Positions 21,228 to 31,846 of a stretch of DNA of 64,000 bases are shown here, piece by piece. Position numbers and translations under genes: made by a program. The notes beneath the pieces are model-generated. The model did not search any database, was not told where the DNA came from, and worked only from the letters and a program-made list of their open reading frames with translations. Source of the DNA: an uncultured Acidobacteriota bacterium (lineage in GTDB: Bacteria; Acidobacteriota; Thermoanaerobaculia; Gp7-AA8; JAHWKK01); assembly GCA_963829355.1 (NCBI GenBank), contig CAWHHZ010000001.1, positions 214,964 through 278,963 on the forward strand, read 5' to 3'. The stretch's first letter is position 1; every line of letters starts with the position of its first letter.

Positions 21228-21891
21228 CCGGCTCGATACGTGGCGGCTCCTCTTCCTTCGGTTCGGGAGGGAGCGGATCGTGGAGAGTTCCCGCACGGCG
21301 GCGGCTCTCCCGCTTGTCGGCGATCGGTGCCTCTTCAATCTCGTCGAGCCCTTCCGGGATGTCCGCCACGATTCGACCAGCCTCGAGATCGACCTCGGTA
21401 CAAATCGCCTTCACGAAGGGCAGATCGAACTCGCGCCCCTCTTCGCTGCGGACGGTCAGGAGCAGCCCGCCGCCACCTTCGGCGACACTGATGACCGTTC
21501 CGAGTGTGTCACCCGCCGGACCGACCACCTCGAGATTCTCCAGCTCGTAGAGGTAGTACTCATCCTCCTCGGTCTCGAGCCGGTCCTCCTCCGGAATCTC
21601 CACGCTCCAACTGCTGTAGCGGCGGATCTCCTCGGGTGCATCGATTCCCTCGAAGGCGAGGAGAACGCGCGGACCGTGGTAGCGGACAGAGCGGATCGGC
21701 GCAGAGAGAATCGTTTTCTCGTCAGGCGAGACGAGAAAGACGGACTGGAGCTTGTCGAATCGCGCGGGATCGTGGGTCCACGGCTCGACGCTCGTCTCTC
21801 CGCGAACGCCATGAGGCTTGCGGATCACGCCGATGGCCACGAGCGAATCGCGCTCGATCGATGCGGTGCAGTCTTTGAGGGAGGAGGACAT
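21228..21891 (-). CDS. rimM: 16S rRNA processing protein RimM domain (N-terminal part of the 501-aa rimM-trmD ORF)
   Basis: LVAIGVIRKPHGVRGETSVEPWTHDP...YYLYELENLEVV...GTVISV; start taken at MSSSLKD (21891). A 35-aa Pro/Glu-rich linker leads straight into TrmD. Confidence 0.75.
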
Positions 21892-21907
21892 CGGCGTCGG
21901 AGCCGAG

Positions 21908-22138
21908 TCAGTCGATGATGTCGAGGAAGTACCTGCGGCGGTTCTTCGTCCCGGCAACTTCGAGAAGGGTGCGGATGGCACGAGCAGTCCGTCCCTGGCG
22001 GCCGATCACCTGACCCAGGTCGTCCTGGGCGACGCGGAGCTCGTACCGCGTCGCCTGACCTTCGTCGATCTCGTCGACGATCACCTGCTCAGGTGTATCG
22101 ACGAGAGATCGTACGACATGCTCGACGAGATCTTTCAT
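21908..22138 (-). CDS. KH-domain RNA-binding protein (UPF0109/YlqC-like)
   Basis: 76 aa, VIGRQGRTARAIRTLL (KH GxxG motif); conserved position between rpsP and rimM. Confidence 0.8.
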   Translation of the reverse strand: MKDLVEHVVRSLVDTPEQVIVDEIDEGQATRYELRVAQDDLGQVIGRQGRTARAIRTLLEVAGTKNRRRYFLDIID

Positions 22139-22380
22139 TCAGCGGCGACAGCGTTCTTCTTGAACAGCGACTTGACCGTGTCCGACATCTTGGCACCCTG
22201 GCCGACCCAGTACTCGACGCGCTCGTTGTTGAGCTCGAGATGCGCGGGCTTTTTGGCTGGATCATAGGTGCCGATCTGCTCGACGGTGGCGGCGCGAGGG
22301 GTGAGTCTCGAATCGGATACGACGATCCGGTAGAACGGGTTGTGAGTCGAACCCTGGCGACGCAGGCGAATCTTCAGCAT
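22135..22380 (-). CDS. rpsP: 30S ribosomal protein S16
   Basis: MLKIRLRRQGSTHNPFYRIVVSDSR... is the classic S16 N-terminus. Confidence 0.95.
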   Translation of the reverse strand: MLKIRLRRQGSTHNPFYRIVVSDSRLTPRAATVEQIGTYDPAKKPAHLELNNERVEYWVGQGAKMSDTVKSLFKKNAVAAE

Positions 22381-22475
22381 GAACTGCTCCTTGAGCTTCT
22401 GAATTACGTTAAAACGGTCGGAGACACGATGGTCCTCTCCGCCGTGATTTCAGCGATTGTCAACTAACGTCGGGC

Positions 22476-23832
22476 CTAACCGAACAATTCCGGGGGGAGA
22501 CCCTTCATCCCTTTTCCCATCTTCCCGAGCTTCCTGCCACCGAAGCCTTTCGAGAAGCGCTTCATCATCTTCTTCATGGCCAGATACTGCTTGAGGAGCC
22601 GGTTGATCTCCTGAACGGTGGTGCCGGATCCCCTCGCGATTCTCTTCTTTCTCGATCCGTTGATGAGCTGAGGATGCGCGCGCTCCCTGATGGTCATCGA
22701 GTTGAGAATCGCTTCCATACGGACGAGAGCGGACTCATCCACGTCCTCTTCCTTGACCCGCGGCATTCCCATCGACGGGAGCATCTGCATGATCGAGGAC
22801 ATCGAACCCATCTTCTTGACCTGCTGGAGCTGCGACCGAAGATCTTCTAGCGTGAACTCGTTCTTCGCGACACGTTTCGCGAGCCGCTCCGCCTCCTTCT
22901 GATCGATGTCGGTCTCGACCTTCTCGATGAGCGAGAGAACATCGCCGAGTCCGAGGATCCGCTGCGCCATGCGGTCGGGATGGAAGAGATCGAGGTCGGT
23001 GTACTTTTCGCCGACACCGACCATCTTGATCGGGCGGTTGACGACCGACTTGATCGAGAGTGCCGCGCCACCGCGCGCATCACCATCGAGCTTTGTCAGC
23101 ACGATTCCGGTGACGCCGAGCCTCTCGTCGAACTGCTGAGCCGATTTGACCGCATCCTGACCGGTCATGGCGTCGGCAACGAAGAGGACCTCTGACGGAT
23201 TGACGAGCGCCTTGATCTCGCTCAGCTCGTTCATCAGCTCTTCATCGATGTGAAGGCGTCCTGCGGTATCGAGAATGACGACGTCGTAGAGGAGGGTCCG
23301 CGCCTCCTTCATCGCCATCTGTGCGATCTTGCGCGGGTCACGCTCTTCACCGATCTGGAGCGACGGAACCTTCACCTTCTCGGCGACCACGTGGAGCTGA
23401 TCGATCGCGGCGGGGCGGTAGACGTCGCACGGGACGAGGAGCGGCTTCTTCCCCTTCGTCTTGAGGTGCAGGGCGAGCTTTCCCGAGGTCGTCGTCTTAC
23501 CGGAACCCTGAAGTCCGGTCATCATCACGACGGCAGGCTCCCCCACCAGACTCAGGCCGACATGCGCGCCACCGAGGAGCTCCTGGAGCTCGTCGCGGAC
23601 GATCTTGGTGACCTGCTGACCCGGTGAGAGCGCGGTAAGCACATCGCTGCCGACTGCCTTCTCACGGACCCGCCGGGTGAACTCCTTGACCACCTTGAAA
23701 TTGACATCCGCCTCGAGCAAGCGCCAGGCGGATATCCTTGAGCGCCTGATCGATATGCCACTCGTTGAGGGTGGCCTCGCCGCGCAGGGTCTTGAAGGTA
23801 CGGTCGAGTCGTTCCTGAAGATTGTCGAACAT
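22476..23832 (-). CDS. ffh: signal recognition particle protein Ffh, frameshift (1-nt insertion) near 23715
   Basis: True N-terminus MFDNLQERLDRTFKTLRGEATLNEWHIDQALKDIRLAL from ATG 23832; then after a 1-nt shift LLEADVNFKVVKEF...GLQGSGKTTTSGKLA...DTAGR...M-domain. The listed ORF start at 23912 is out-of-frame run-on. Confidence 0.9.
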
Positions 23833-23892
23833 GACACGTCCCCGAACATTGCGCGGGATGCGTATAATCCGAGTCGGCTATCGTAGTGCCAT

Positions 23893-24765
23893 ATGCCGAC
23901 GATCCACCTCATCGACGCAAGTCCTTACATCTTCCGCGCATACTTCTCTCTGCCCGACTCGATCAGAGATCCCGGCGGGATGGCGATGAATGCCGTGTAT
24001 GGTTTCGCGTCGTTCCTCCTCAAGTACGTCGACGAGGAGAAGCCGACGCATGCGGCGGTCACCTTCGACCGCAGCCTCAACACGAGCTTCCGCAACGAGA
24101 TCTATCCTGAATACAAGCAGCAGCGCGAGCTTCCACCTCCCGAGCTCGAGGCCCAACTCAGCCGGTGCGAGGAGGCAGCCCGAGCCCTCGGATTCGCGAC
24201 CTGGGCCGACGAGTCGTACGAGGCGGATGATCTGATTGCCACGATCGTCGACCAGATCAGCGCAAAGGACCGGCAATTCGTGATCGTCACGTCCGACAAG
24301 GATCTCGCGCAGCTCGTGTCGGGCCGGACTGAGCTGTACGACTATGGGAAAGGCGCGAGGCTGGACGCCGCGGCGGTCGAGAACAAAATGGGCGTGGCGC
24401 CCGGATGCGTGCCGGACTATCTCGGCCTCGCGGGCGACAGCGTCGACAACATTCCGGGGGTACGGGGAATCGGGCCGAAAACCGCCGCAGCTCTCCTCGG
24501 CATCTACGGGTCGATCGAGGCGTTGTATGCGAACCTCGATTCTGTGCGCGGGTGCGGAGTGCGGGGCGCGAAGTCAATCGAGGAGCGGCTCCGATCGCAG
24601 GAGGAGCAGGCGCGCCTGTCGAAGGAGCTCGCGACGGTCTCGACCGCGGCTCCGATTGAGGTCTCGCTGGGTGAGCTCCAGTATCGGGGCGCCACTCCGG
24701 ACGCCGAGAGACTGTTCGGTGAATGGGGCTTCGGAACGATTCGTGAGAGGGTGTCGGCGCAATGA
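23893..24765 (+). CDS. 5'-3' exonuclease (Pol I N-terminal-like, flap endonuclease ExoIX/XNI type)
   Basis: HLIDASPYIFRAYFSLP...ADDLIATIV...TSDKDLAQLV...IPGVRGIGPKTAAALL (HhH). Confidence 0.8.
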   Translation: MPTIHLIDASPYIFRAYFSLPDSIRDPGGMAMNAVYGFASFLLKYVDEEKPTHAAVTFDRSLNTSFRNEIYPEYKQQRELPPPELEAQLSRCEEAARALGFATWADESYEADDLIATIVDQISAKDRQFVIVTSDKDLAQLVSGRTELYDYGKGARLDAAAVENKMGVAPGCVPDYLGLAGDSVDNIPGVRGIGPKTAAALLGIYGSIEALYANLDSVRGCGVRGAKSIEERLRSQEEQARLSKELATVSTAAPIEVSLGELQYRGATPDAERLFGEWGFGTIRERVSAQ

Positions 24766-24816
24766 CGGAATTCCCTTTGCACGAGCAGGGCTGTAGATGA
24801 AAGAGGAGAGAAGTCT

Positions 24817-25446
24817 GTGAAAATCGCAATCTTCGGATCGACCGGCGGTACAGGGCGCGAGCTCGTAGGGCAGGCGCTCGAGCGTAATCACACGATTACG
24901 GCATTCGCCCGGCACCCGATGAAGATCAGCCTGCTGATGGATTACATCCGTGTGATCTCCGGCGACGTGCTCGTCGATCACGACAGGATCGAGCGTGCGG
25001 TCAATGGTGTCTCAGCCGTCCTGGTGGCCCTCGGGACCGATCTGACCAGTCGCAACCATCCCGTCGAGTCGGAGGGCACACGCAACATCATCTCGGCGAT
25101 GAAAAACTGTGGCGTGAAGCGGATCATCGTCGAGAGCGCTTTCGCAGTCGGTGAAAGCCAGCAATACATGGCGCGCTCGCAGTACAAATTGATGGAGACG
25201 CTGCTCGGCCCGATTCTCGAGGACAAGGAAAAGCAGGAAGCGGCCATCAGAGAGAGCGGTCTCGACTACGTCATCGTCAGGCCTGTCGGCCTTTCGAAGG
25301 GCGCCTGCACGGGCGTCTACCGGATCGGCGAGAAACTCGAACCGAAGATGATGGCGAGAATCTCCCGCGCCGACGTCGCACACTTCATGCTCAACCAGCT
25401 CGACCACCGCCGCAACCTCGGACGCGCCGTCACGATCGCGTATTGA
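24817..25446 (+). CDS. NAD(P)H-binding NmrA/SDR-like protein
   Basis: MKIAIFGSTGGTGRELV (Rossmann GxxGxxG); GTG start. Confidence 0.7.
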   Translation: MKIAIFGSTGGTGRELVGQALERNHTITAFARHPMKISLLMDYIRVISGDVLVDHDRIERAVNGVSAVLVALGTDLTSRNHPVESEGTRNIISAMKNCGVKRIIVESAFAVGESQQYMARSQYKLMETLLGPILEDKEKQEAAIRESGLDYVIVRPVGLSKGACTGVYRIGEKLEPKMMARISRADVAHFMLNQLDHRRNLGRAVTIAY

Positions 25447-25470
25447 CCCCTTGAACCTTCGAAACCGGCT

Positions 25471-26064
25471 CTAACTGTCCAGCTCGACCGTCCAGTACGC
25501 CGCGTCGAGGAAGTTCTTCCAGACCTCCGGGAACTGCCGGCCCTGGTAGCGGTGGAGAGGGTGCCAGTTCGGCCGGATCGGTGGACGGCGCAAGTCCATG
25601 CCGCATTCGGACGGGAGCTTGTTACCCTTCTTGACATTGCACTTGAGGCAGGCGCAGACGACGTTCTCCCACGTTGATCTTCCACCACGCGAGACCGGGA
25701 TGACGTGATCGAGCGAGAGCTCGGCGGTCGAGAACTTCTTCCAGCAGTACTGACATCTGTTGCGGTCGCGGAGATAGATGTTGCCGCGCGAGAACTTCAC
25801 TTCCTGCCGCGGGACCTTTTCGAACCGGAGAAGCTGCACGACGTGAGGGACGAGAATCGCGCGGCTCGGTGTCGCGATCGCGTCGTCGGACGGCTGGACT
25901 GGAATGTCCTGCCAGTTGAGGAAGTCGTAGGTCGTGTAGTCCGGTCCCACCGCACGAACCTGACCCTTGTAGAGCAGCGTAATCGCGCGCTTTACCGAAG
26001 TGACCTGAATGGCCTGAAAAAACCGATTCAGAACCAGGACCTGTCCATCAAGGATATGACTCAC
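25471..26064 (-). CDS. HNH endonuclease (stand-alone, 197 aa)
   Basis: CQYCWKK...LDHVIPVSRGGRSTWENVVCACLKCNVKKG HNH motif. GTG start with RBS GGAGGAG 6 nt upstream; the upstream part of the track ORF is rejected. Confidence 0.75.
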   Translation of the reverse strand: MSHILDGQVLVLNRFFQAIQVTSVKRAITLLYKGQVRAVGPDYTTYDFLNWQDIPVQPSDDAIATPSRAILVPHVVQLLRFEKVPRQEVKFSRGNIYLRDRNRCQYCWKKFSTAELSLDHVIPVSRGGRSTWENVVCACLKCNVKKGNKLPSECGMDLRRPPIRPNWHPLHRYQGRQFPEVWKNFLDAAYWTVELDS

Positions 26065-26267
26065 TTTGGTCTCCTCCGCGATTTTAGCAGAATAACAGTC
26101 CGACGAGTCTGACATGTCCGACATGTCTGACGCCCAACCACCCCGGCATTGCCCATCACTTGAAAAATTCCCCGTTTTCGGCGATAGTGACTGCCGAGAC
26201 TCGGAAGAACTGAGTCCGGGTGAGGTGTCCGTGGCGGACAACCGATCCGGATTGTTAGTGTGTGAAT

Positions 26268-26297
26268 CGTCCGGCGCCTGGGGCGCGGACGTTTTTT
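26268..26297 (+). terminator. intrinsic-terminator-like hairpin + T6 located 23 nt upstream of the next start codon (possible attenuator)
   Basis: cgtccggcgcc-tgg-ggcgcggacg followed by tttttt; then GGGAGG RBS and ATG at 26321. Confidence 0.4.
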
Positions 26298-26320
26298 CGG
26301 GGTGGTTTTGGGAGGATACG

Positions 26321-27809
26321 ATGCGCTCAGTCTCTCGCGTTACTCTTCTGGTCGTTGCGTTGCTCGCGGTCGTGGTACCGCCGGCGATGGCAGACCATTT
26401 CGTGGCTGATTGCCCGCTGACATTCGTCGGCCAGGCGGACGCTGCTTCACAATACGGGCTGTCGCCGCACGGCGTCTTCAAGAACGGCTCGGTCATCTAT
26501 GTCCTTCGCGGACAGGTGCTCCAGACCCTCGCGGTCACCGACAGCGGTGAAGTCTCGGTCGTCCGGGAGGACTTCCTCGAGTCGCTCGCTGCGGACGATC
26601 CGGATGGCGGAACCGCCTACTCGAATGGTTATCTGTTCATCTCCAGCGGAGCCGGTCTCGAGATCTACGATCTGCGCAACACACGAGGCGGGGCTGCGGG
26701 ACGCGCGCCCGTCAAGGTTTCCCAGACTCCCGCACCGCACTACGGGAAACTCGCCGTCCAGGGAAACGTTCTCGCCGGCCTGTTATCCGGCAACGAGTCT
26801 CCCCTGCATTCCGTCGGGATCGAGCCGTTGTTTTAATTCGATCGATCTGTGGAGCATATCAGACCTCAGCGCTCCCGCAATGAGGAGCTCGATCTCCTCG
26901 GCGACGAGCAGCACATCGGGTTCAACGACATCGCATTCGCCAACGGCTACCTCTATTCGACGGGCATGAAGGGAACACATGCATTCGACGTGACGAATCC
27001 GGCCCTCCCGGGCACCGTCCGCGCCTATCCGACACAGGGACAGTTCCTGACGACGAACGGCCGCAACATTCTCGGAATTGGACAGGAGAGTCTGGTTGGG
27101 GTTTTCACGATCGGACCGGGACCCGACCTCTCATGGTTCTACGTTTACCACCTGCCGAATGCATTCAACCTGGCGAATCCGATCATGTTCCATCCGCAGG
27201 CATGGATTTCAGAGCAGCGCCTCGTGACGATGGTCGATGAGAAGGATCCAATGACCGGGAAGCCGGCACGGACGATCGCCTTCGACGTCTTCGACTTCAG
27301 CATCTATCCGCATGACGGCTTCGATGATCGTCTTTACGAGAATCGTTTCGTACGTCGATACGAACGAGGTCCTCTACAACCCATTGATGGTCGGGCCGTT
27401 CGTCTACGTGACCGGTGAGATGAGCGGGGTCCAGGTCTACGGCTCTTGCGGCGAGATCTCAGGAAAGATCGAGCTCGACAGCGTCACACAGCTCCCATGT
27501 GGCGGAGCCGAGATCCACGGATGGATTGCCGGGCAGAACAAGATCTCGAATATCGAGCTGTTCATGGATGGCGAGTCTCTCGGATTCGCTTCGCTGACCC
27601 GCGAGCGCAAAGACATCAGCTCCAGCCGTCAGGTCTGGGGCTGGGCCATCAGTGTCAATCTCGATGACACAACAGAGGGTGAGCACGTCATGCGCGCGGT
27701 CGCCACGGATGCCGAGGGCAACGAGCGCCAGTTCGATTCGATGGTCGCTCTCTTCCCCGGTCCCGATGAGGGCAACTGCAAGGCACGCCGCCGCATCACC
27801 GGGCGGTAA
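26321..27809 (+). CDS. secreted LVIVD-repeat (beta-propeller) protein with C-terminal beta-sandwich-like domain, two frameshifts (near 26840 and 27330)
   Basis: Signal peptide MRSVSRVTLLVVALLAVVVPPAMA. LVIVD-type repeats SNGYLFISSGAGLEIYDLRN and ANGYLYSTGMKGTHAFDVTNPALP. Three ORF pieces in three frames. Confidence 0.6.
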
Positions 27810-27843
27810 TCGGACAGAGTCGAATACGATCTTCCCAGATCGA

Positions 27844-27883
27844 AGCCGCTGTCGGCCCTCACGGCTGACAGCGGCTTTTTTTT
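27844..27883 (+). terminator. rho-independent terminator
   Basis: agccgctgtcggcc-ctcac-ggctgacagcggct followed by a T-run; 35 nt after the stop of the LVIVD gene. Confidence 0.7.
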
Positions 27884-28028
27884 GTTGCGTCAATGAGTCA
27901 TTGGATCTTTCGTCATGAAGGCGGTCATGTTGCGTTTGACGCGCGCGTTGTCGTGTCTCGGCGTTTCCATCCGCCGCCCTCCGGGTGGTACTCGTGACGG
28001 GCCGGAGAGCATGACGACCATCTCACCG

Positions 28029-28975
28029 TCACCAACGAACGTCGTTCCGCCCGACGGCGCGCAGCAGACGATAGCGCAACGTTCGCAGCTTCGGCCAGAG
28101 GTGATGATGCAGCGCTCCGAGCGCTCGACGATAGCCCTGTCGTGGCCTGAGCAACATCACAGCATGATACGAATGACCGCGGCGGAGCTCTTCGCGATCC
28201 CGTTCGATCAGCCATTGGAGACGATCCTCGCCCGCCGCAGCCCAGTCGATCACGGGGTAGAGCACCGAGAGAAGAGTGCCCCCGTAGTCGCGCCGTTCCT
28301 CGATCTCGAATGTTCTCAGCACTTCAGGAATGATCTCCGAGGATCGAACCGCCTCGGATGGGTCGTCTTCCTGAATCGGCAACTCCAGTCGCTGAGATCG
28401 TCTCGATTCGTCGGGAATCTTCTCGAACACCAACCGGTGGACCTCCAGCAATTTCTGATTCCAGTCGGTTCTGGAAGGGCCTACATATTCATCAAAGTAG
28501 AAGAAGCCTCCCGGTCTCAGAGGTCTTCCCGATCGCGAGGAACAACTTCTCCAGCGATGCGACATGGTGCAGCGCCTGATGGATAAAGACGGCGTCGTAG
28601 CGGCGACGCCGGGAGAAGGGGCTCATTGAAGTTCGAGGAGTAGTAGCTGATCCTGGCTGACATTCCGGCAGTGCGAGCCTCTCGCTGCGCTACTGCCAGC
28701 GATCCGACTGAACCGTCGAAAGCATCGACGTGCTCGAACATCTCCCGCCGGATCAGATCGCGTTCCAATGCGCCGGTTCCACAGCCGATGCTGAGCGCAC
28801 GCTCTCGTTTCTCGAGACCAATACGCTTCTGCAGAGCGTCGAGTGGCCACAGATGGGGAGTACCCGAGATCGACTCGTTGACATACTCCCGAACCTTCAC
28901 CTCGGAGAGCCAGCTCGAATGAGTCGGCGCGACGACCTCCGAATCCCAGAAGCTTCCAGACTGCCCGACACTCAA
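28029..28975 (-). CDS. class I SAM-dependent methyltransferase, frameshift near 28540
   Basis: Motif I LSIGCGTGALE in ORF 28517-28975; post-I region PGGFFYFDEYVGP in ORF 28029-28565 (different frame). Confidence 0.65.
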
Positions 28976-29673
28976 TGCGCACTCTCCGAGCGTTCATCCA
29001 GAATACGCCTTGCTGCTTCTGCGGGGTCGGGAGCCTGCGTGATCGGTCTTCCGATGACGAGATAATCGGCTCCGGCGCGCAGCGCTTCAGATGCGCTCAT
29101 CGTTCTCTTCTGGTCTCCCGTCGCATCACCCGCGGCCCGAATTCCAGGGGTCACGATCAGGACGTCGTTCCCGAGATGCTCGCGGATCGTGCGGATCTCG
29201 TGAGGGGAGGCGACGACGCCATCGATGCCACTACGCACACCGAGCGTCGCGAGCCGCAGGACGGTCTCGTGGAGCGTGCCGCTCATGCCCGTCTCGGCAA
29301 GCGACTCCTCATCGTGGCTCGTCAGAACGGTCACGCCGAGAATGCGGGTCGAGCTGCCGCGCGCTCCTTCGACGGCAGCCCGCAGCATTGCCGAACCGCC
29401 ACTCGTGTGGACGGTGAGAAGCGAGACACTCAGTTTCACCGCCTCCTGCACCGCGTGCAGGACCGTATTCGGAATGTCGTGAAACTTCAGATCGAGAAAC
29501 ACATCAATCTGCCGCTCCTGAAGCTCCGCCACGATCGAGGGGCCGTTCGCGGTGAATGCCTGGAGACCGACCTTCATCATCCCGACAATTCCTGTGAGCC
29601 GGTCCGCGAGCGAGAGGATCTCGTCGCGCGAAGAACGGTCGAGTGCAACGATGATCCGGGAGTGTTCGGGCAT
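28972..29673 (-). CDS. pyrF: orotidine 5'-phosphate decarboxylase
   Basis: IIVALD...DLKFHDIPNTV...LTVHTSGG...IVTPGIR; 233 aa. Confidence 0.9.
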   Translation of the reverse strand: MPEHSRIIVALDRSSRDEILSLADRLTGIVGMMKVGLQAFTANGPSIVAELQERQIDVFLDLKFHDIPNTVLHAVQEAVKLSVSLLTVHTSGGSAMLRAAVEGARGSSTRILGVTVLTSHDEESLAETGMSGTLHETVLRLATLGVRSGIDGVVASPHEIRTIREHLGNDVLIVTPGIRAAGDATGDQKRTMSASEALRAGADYLVIGRPITQAPDPAEAARRILDERSESAH

Positions 29674-29900
29674 GGCAGTTGATATTGTACGGGACCTGGT
29701 CGGATCGGTGCGGTAAGGTGTGTTTCCTCAGTCGTGATATCGCGCCTGCAAAAAGACGACACTCCGGTCTGACGAATGCACGGGCTCTGCCGATCTGAGC
29801 ACGCAGGTCACGGGCAGCTATGCTCATCGTCAGACTGTCTCACGTCGACCGATCCACGAGGCTGGTCTGAAATGCGCACACTTCGGTTCCGGGGAGATCT

Positions 29901-31640
29901 ATGAACAAAACGGAAGTTGCCGAGGCACTCGCTGAGCTGTCGCGATACCTGGAGATGAAGGGTGAAAACCGGTTCAAGGTCGGGGCGTACTCGCGTGCGG
30001 CGGACGCGCTCGAAGCTGCCGACGAGAATCTCGAGCTTCTGGTCGAGCAGGACCGGCTCACGAAGATCGAGGGGATCGGCAAGGGGACGGCTTCGGTCAT
30101 CCGCGAGCTGGTGATGGAAGGCGAGTCATCGTATCTGGAAGAGCTGCGGTCGGAGTTTCCAGCGTCCCTGCTCGAGCTGGCGGACGTCAATGGTGTGGGT
30201 CCGAAGCGGGCGATGCAGCTGCACGCCGAGCTCGGCATCGAGACAGTCGATGACCTCGAAGAGGCGATTCGTGAAGAGCGGCTCGCAAGCGTTTCCGGGT
30301 TTGGCGCAAAGACCGTCGAACGTGTTCGGAAAGGGATTGCGACGTGGCGGAAGAGCCGGTCGCGTGTGCTCCTGCCGATGGCGCTCGAGCCGCGACGACG
30401 CTGAAGGAGCGGCTCGGATCGGTCCCGTCCCGTCGAGCCGCGTGGAGATCGCGGGCGAGGTGCGGCGCCGCGCGGAAACCGTCGGACGCATCGACGTCGT
30501 CGTAACGGCAAAGGACTGCGGAGGGCGGTCCGTGACATTCTGGCCGCTGACCTGCCGGGGCGGTTCTCCAGCGAGTACTGGAGGTGTCGATCACCGGCAC
30601 GATGCGGCCTTCGCTGCCGGTGCGGATTTCGGTCGTCGATCCAAAAGAGCGTCCCGTGCGGCTTCTCTGGGAGACAGGTTCCGATGAGTTCCTCGACGCG
30701 CTCGTGGACCATGCGAAGGAGCGGTCCATCGAGCTACGGCCGGATGGGGTCCGCGTCGGGAACCGCGTCCGGCGACCTGAGGATGAGGCGGCGCTTTTCA
30801 AGTTGCTCGATCTCGCCGACATTGAGCCGGAGCTCCGGGAACGAAGCGCGGTGATCATTGAGGGTGCCGACGTCGACGGCATTGTGCGGCTCGGTGACAT
30901 CCGAGGAACGTTTCATGTTCACACGACCTGGTCCGACGGCAAGAACACGTCTCGAGGAAATGGTGCGGAGCTGCCGAGGAGATGGGATTCGAGTACGTCG
31001 GCATCTCTGATCACTCGAAGACGGCGAGCTATGCCGGCGGGTTGACGGAGAAGCGGGTCAGTGAGCAGCATGCAGAGATCAAGCGCGTCCAGAAGAGCAG
31101 CAAGATCCGGGTTTTTCGAGGAACCGAATGCGACATCCTTCCCGACGGCACGATGGACTTCGATGAGGAGACGCTGGCTTCGTTCGACTTCGTCATTGCT
31201 TCGGTGCATTCGAGTTTCTCGATGCCGCCGACGAGATGACCGACAGGATTGTCCGCGCACTGTCGAATCCATGGGTCACATTCCTCGGACACGTAAGCGG
31301 CCGGAAGCTACTCATTCGAGACGGCTACTCCGTCGAGTACGCGCAAGATCTTCGAGGCTGCCGCGGCAGAGATGGTGTCCTGATCGAGATCAACGGACAC
31401 CCTCGGCGACTTGATCTGGACTGGAAGCTCATGCGCGACGCGATCGAGCGAGGAGTGCGGTTCGCAGATCAATCCTGACGCCCACTCGACGGAGCGCTCG
31501 AGCATGTGACGACGGGTGTGTGGCACGCGCGAAGGGGTGGTCGTCCCGCGCGATGCGGTTCTCAACACTGGCTCGGTCGAGGACGTCGAGAAGCACCTGG
31601 CAACCGGCGCGACGGGCGAAGAGCACGAGCGGCGTAAGAA
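29901..31640 (+). CDS. family X DNA polymerase with C-terminal PHP domain, fragmented by about 5 frameshifts; 3' end uncertain
   Basis: HhH N-terminus (LTKIEGIGKGTASVIRE...VNGVGPKRAMQL); PHP motifs FHVHTTWSDGKNT, YVGISDHSK, ECDILPDGTMDF, INPDAHS in successive frames. Confidence 0.7.
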
Positions 31641-31846
31641 GATGAGCTGCCCGCGATGGGGTGCTAGGGAGCTCAAGGAACGAGGAGGAGCTCGACGTTC
31701 TCGACCCCTGGTCGAGCTCGGGCTGTCATTCCGAGCAAAGCGAGGAACCTGGGCGGCGAACGGGCAGGCATCTTTTCTCTCCCGAATTCGGTGATGAGGA
31801 CGGACCCGATCATTCCATCGTAGACGACCCCGGCCGATGTCGGGCT

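Noticed and set aside
23677-23886. 69-aa plus-strand ORF upstream of the exonuclease gene
   Set aside because: It is the antisense of the true Ffh N-terminus (MFDNLQERLDRTFK...) recovered on the minus strand.
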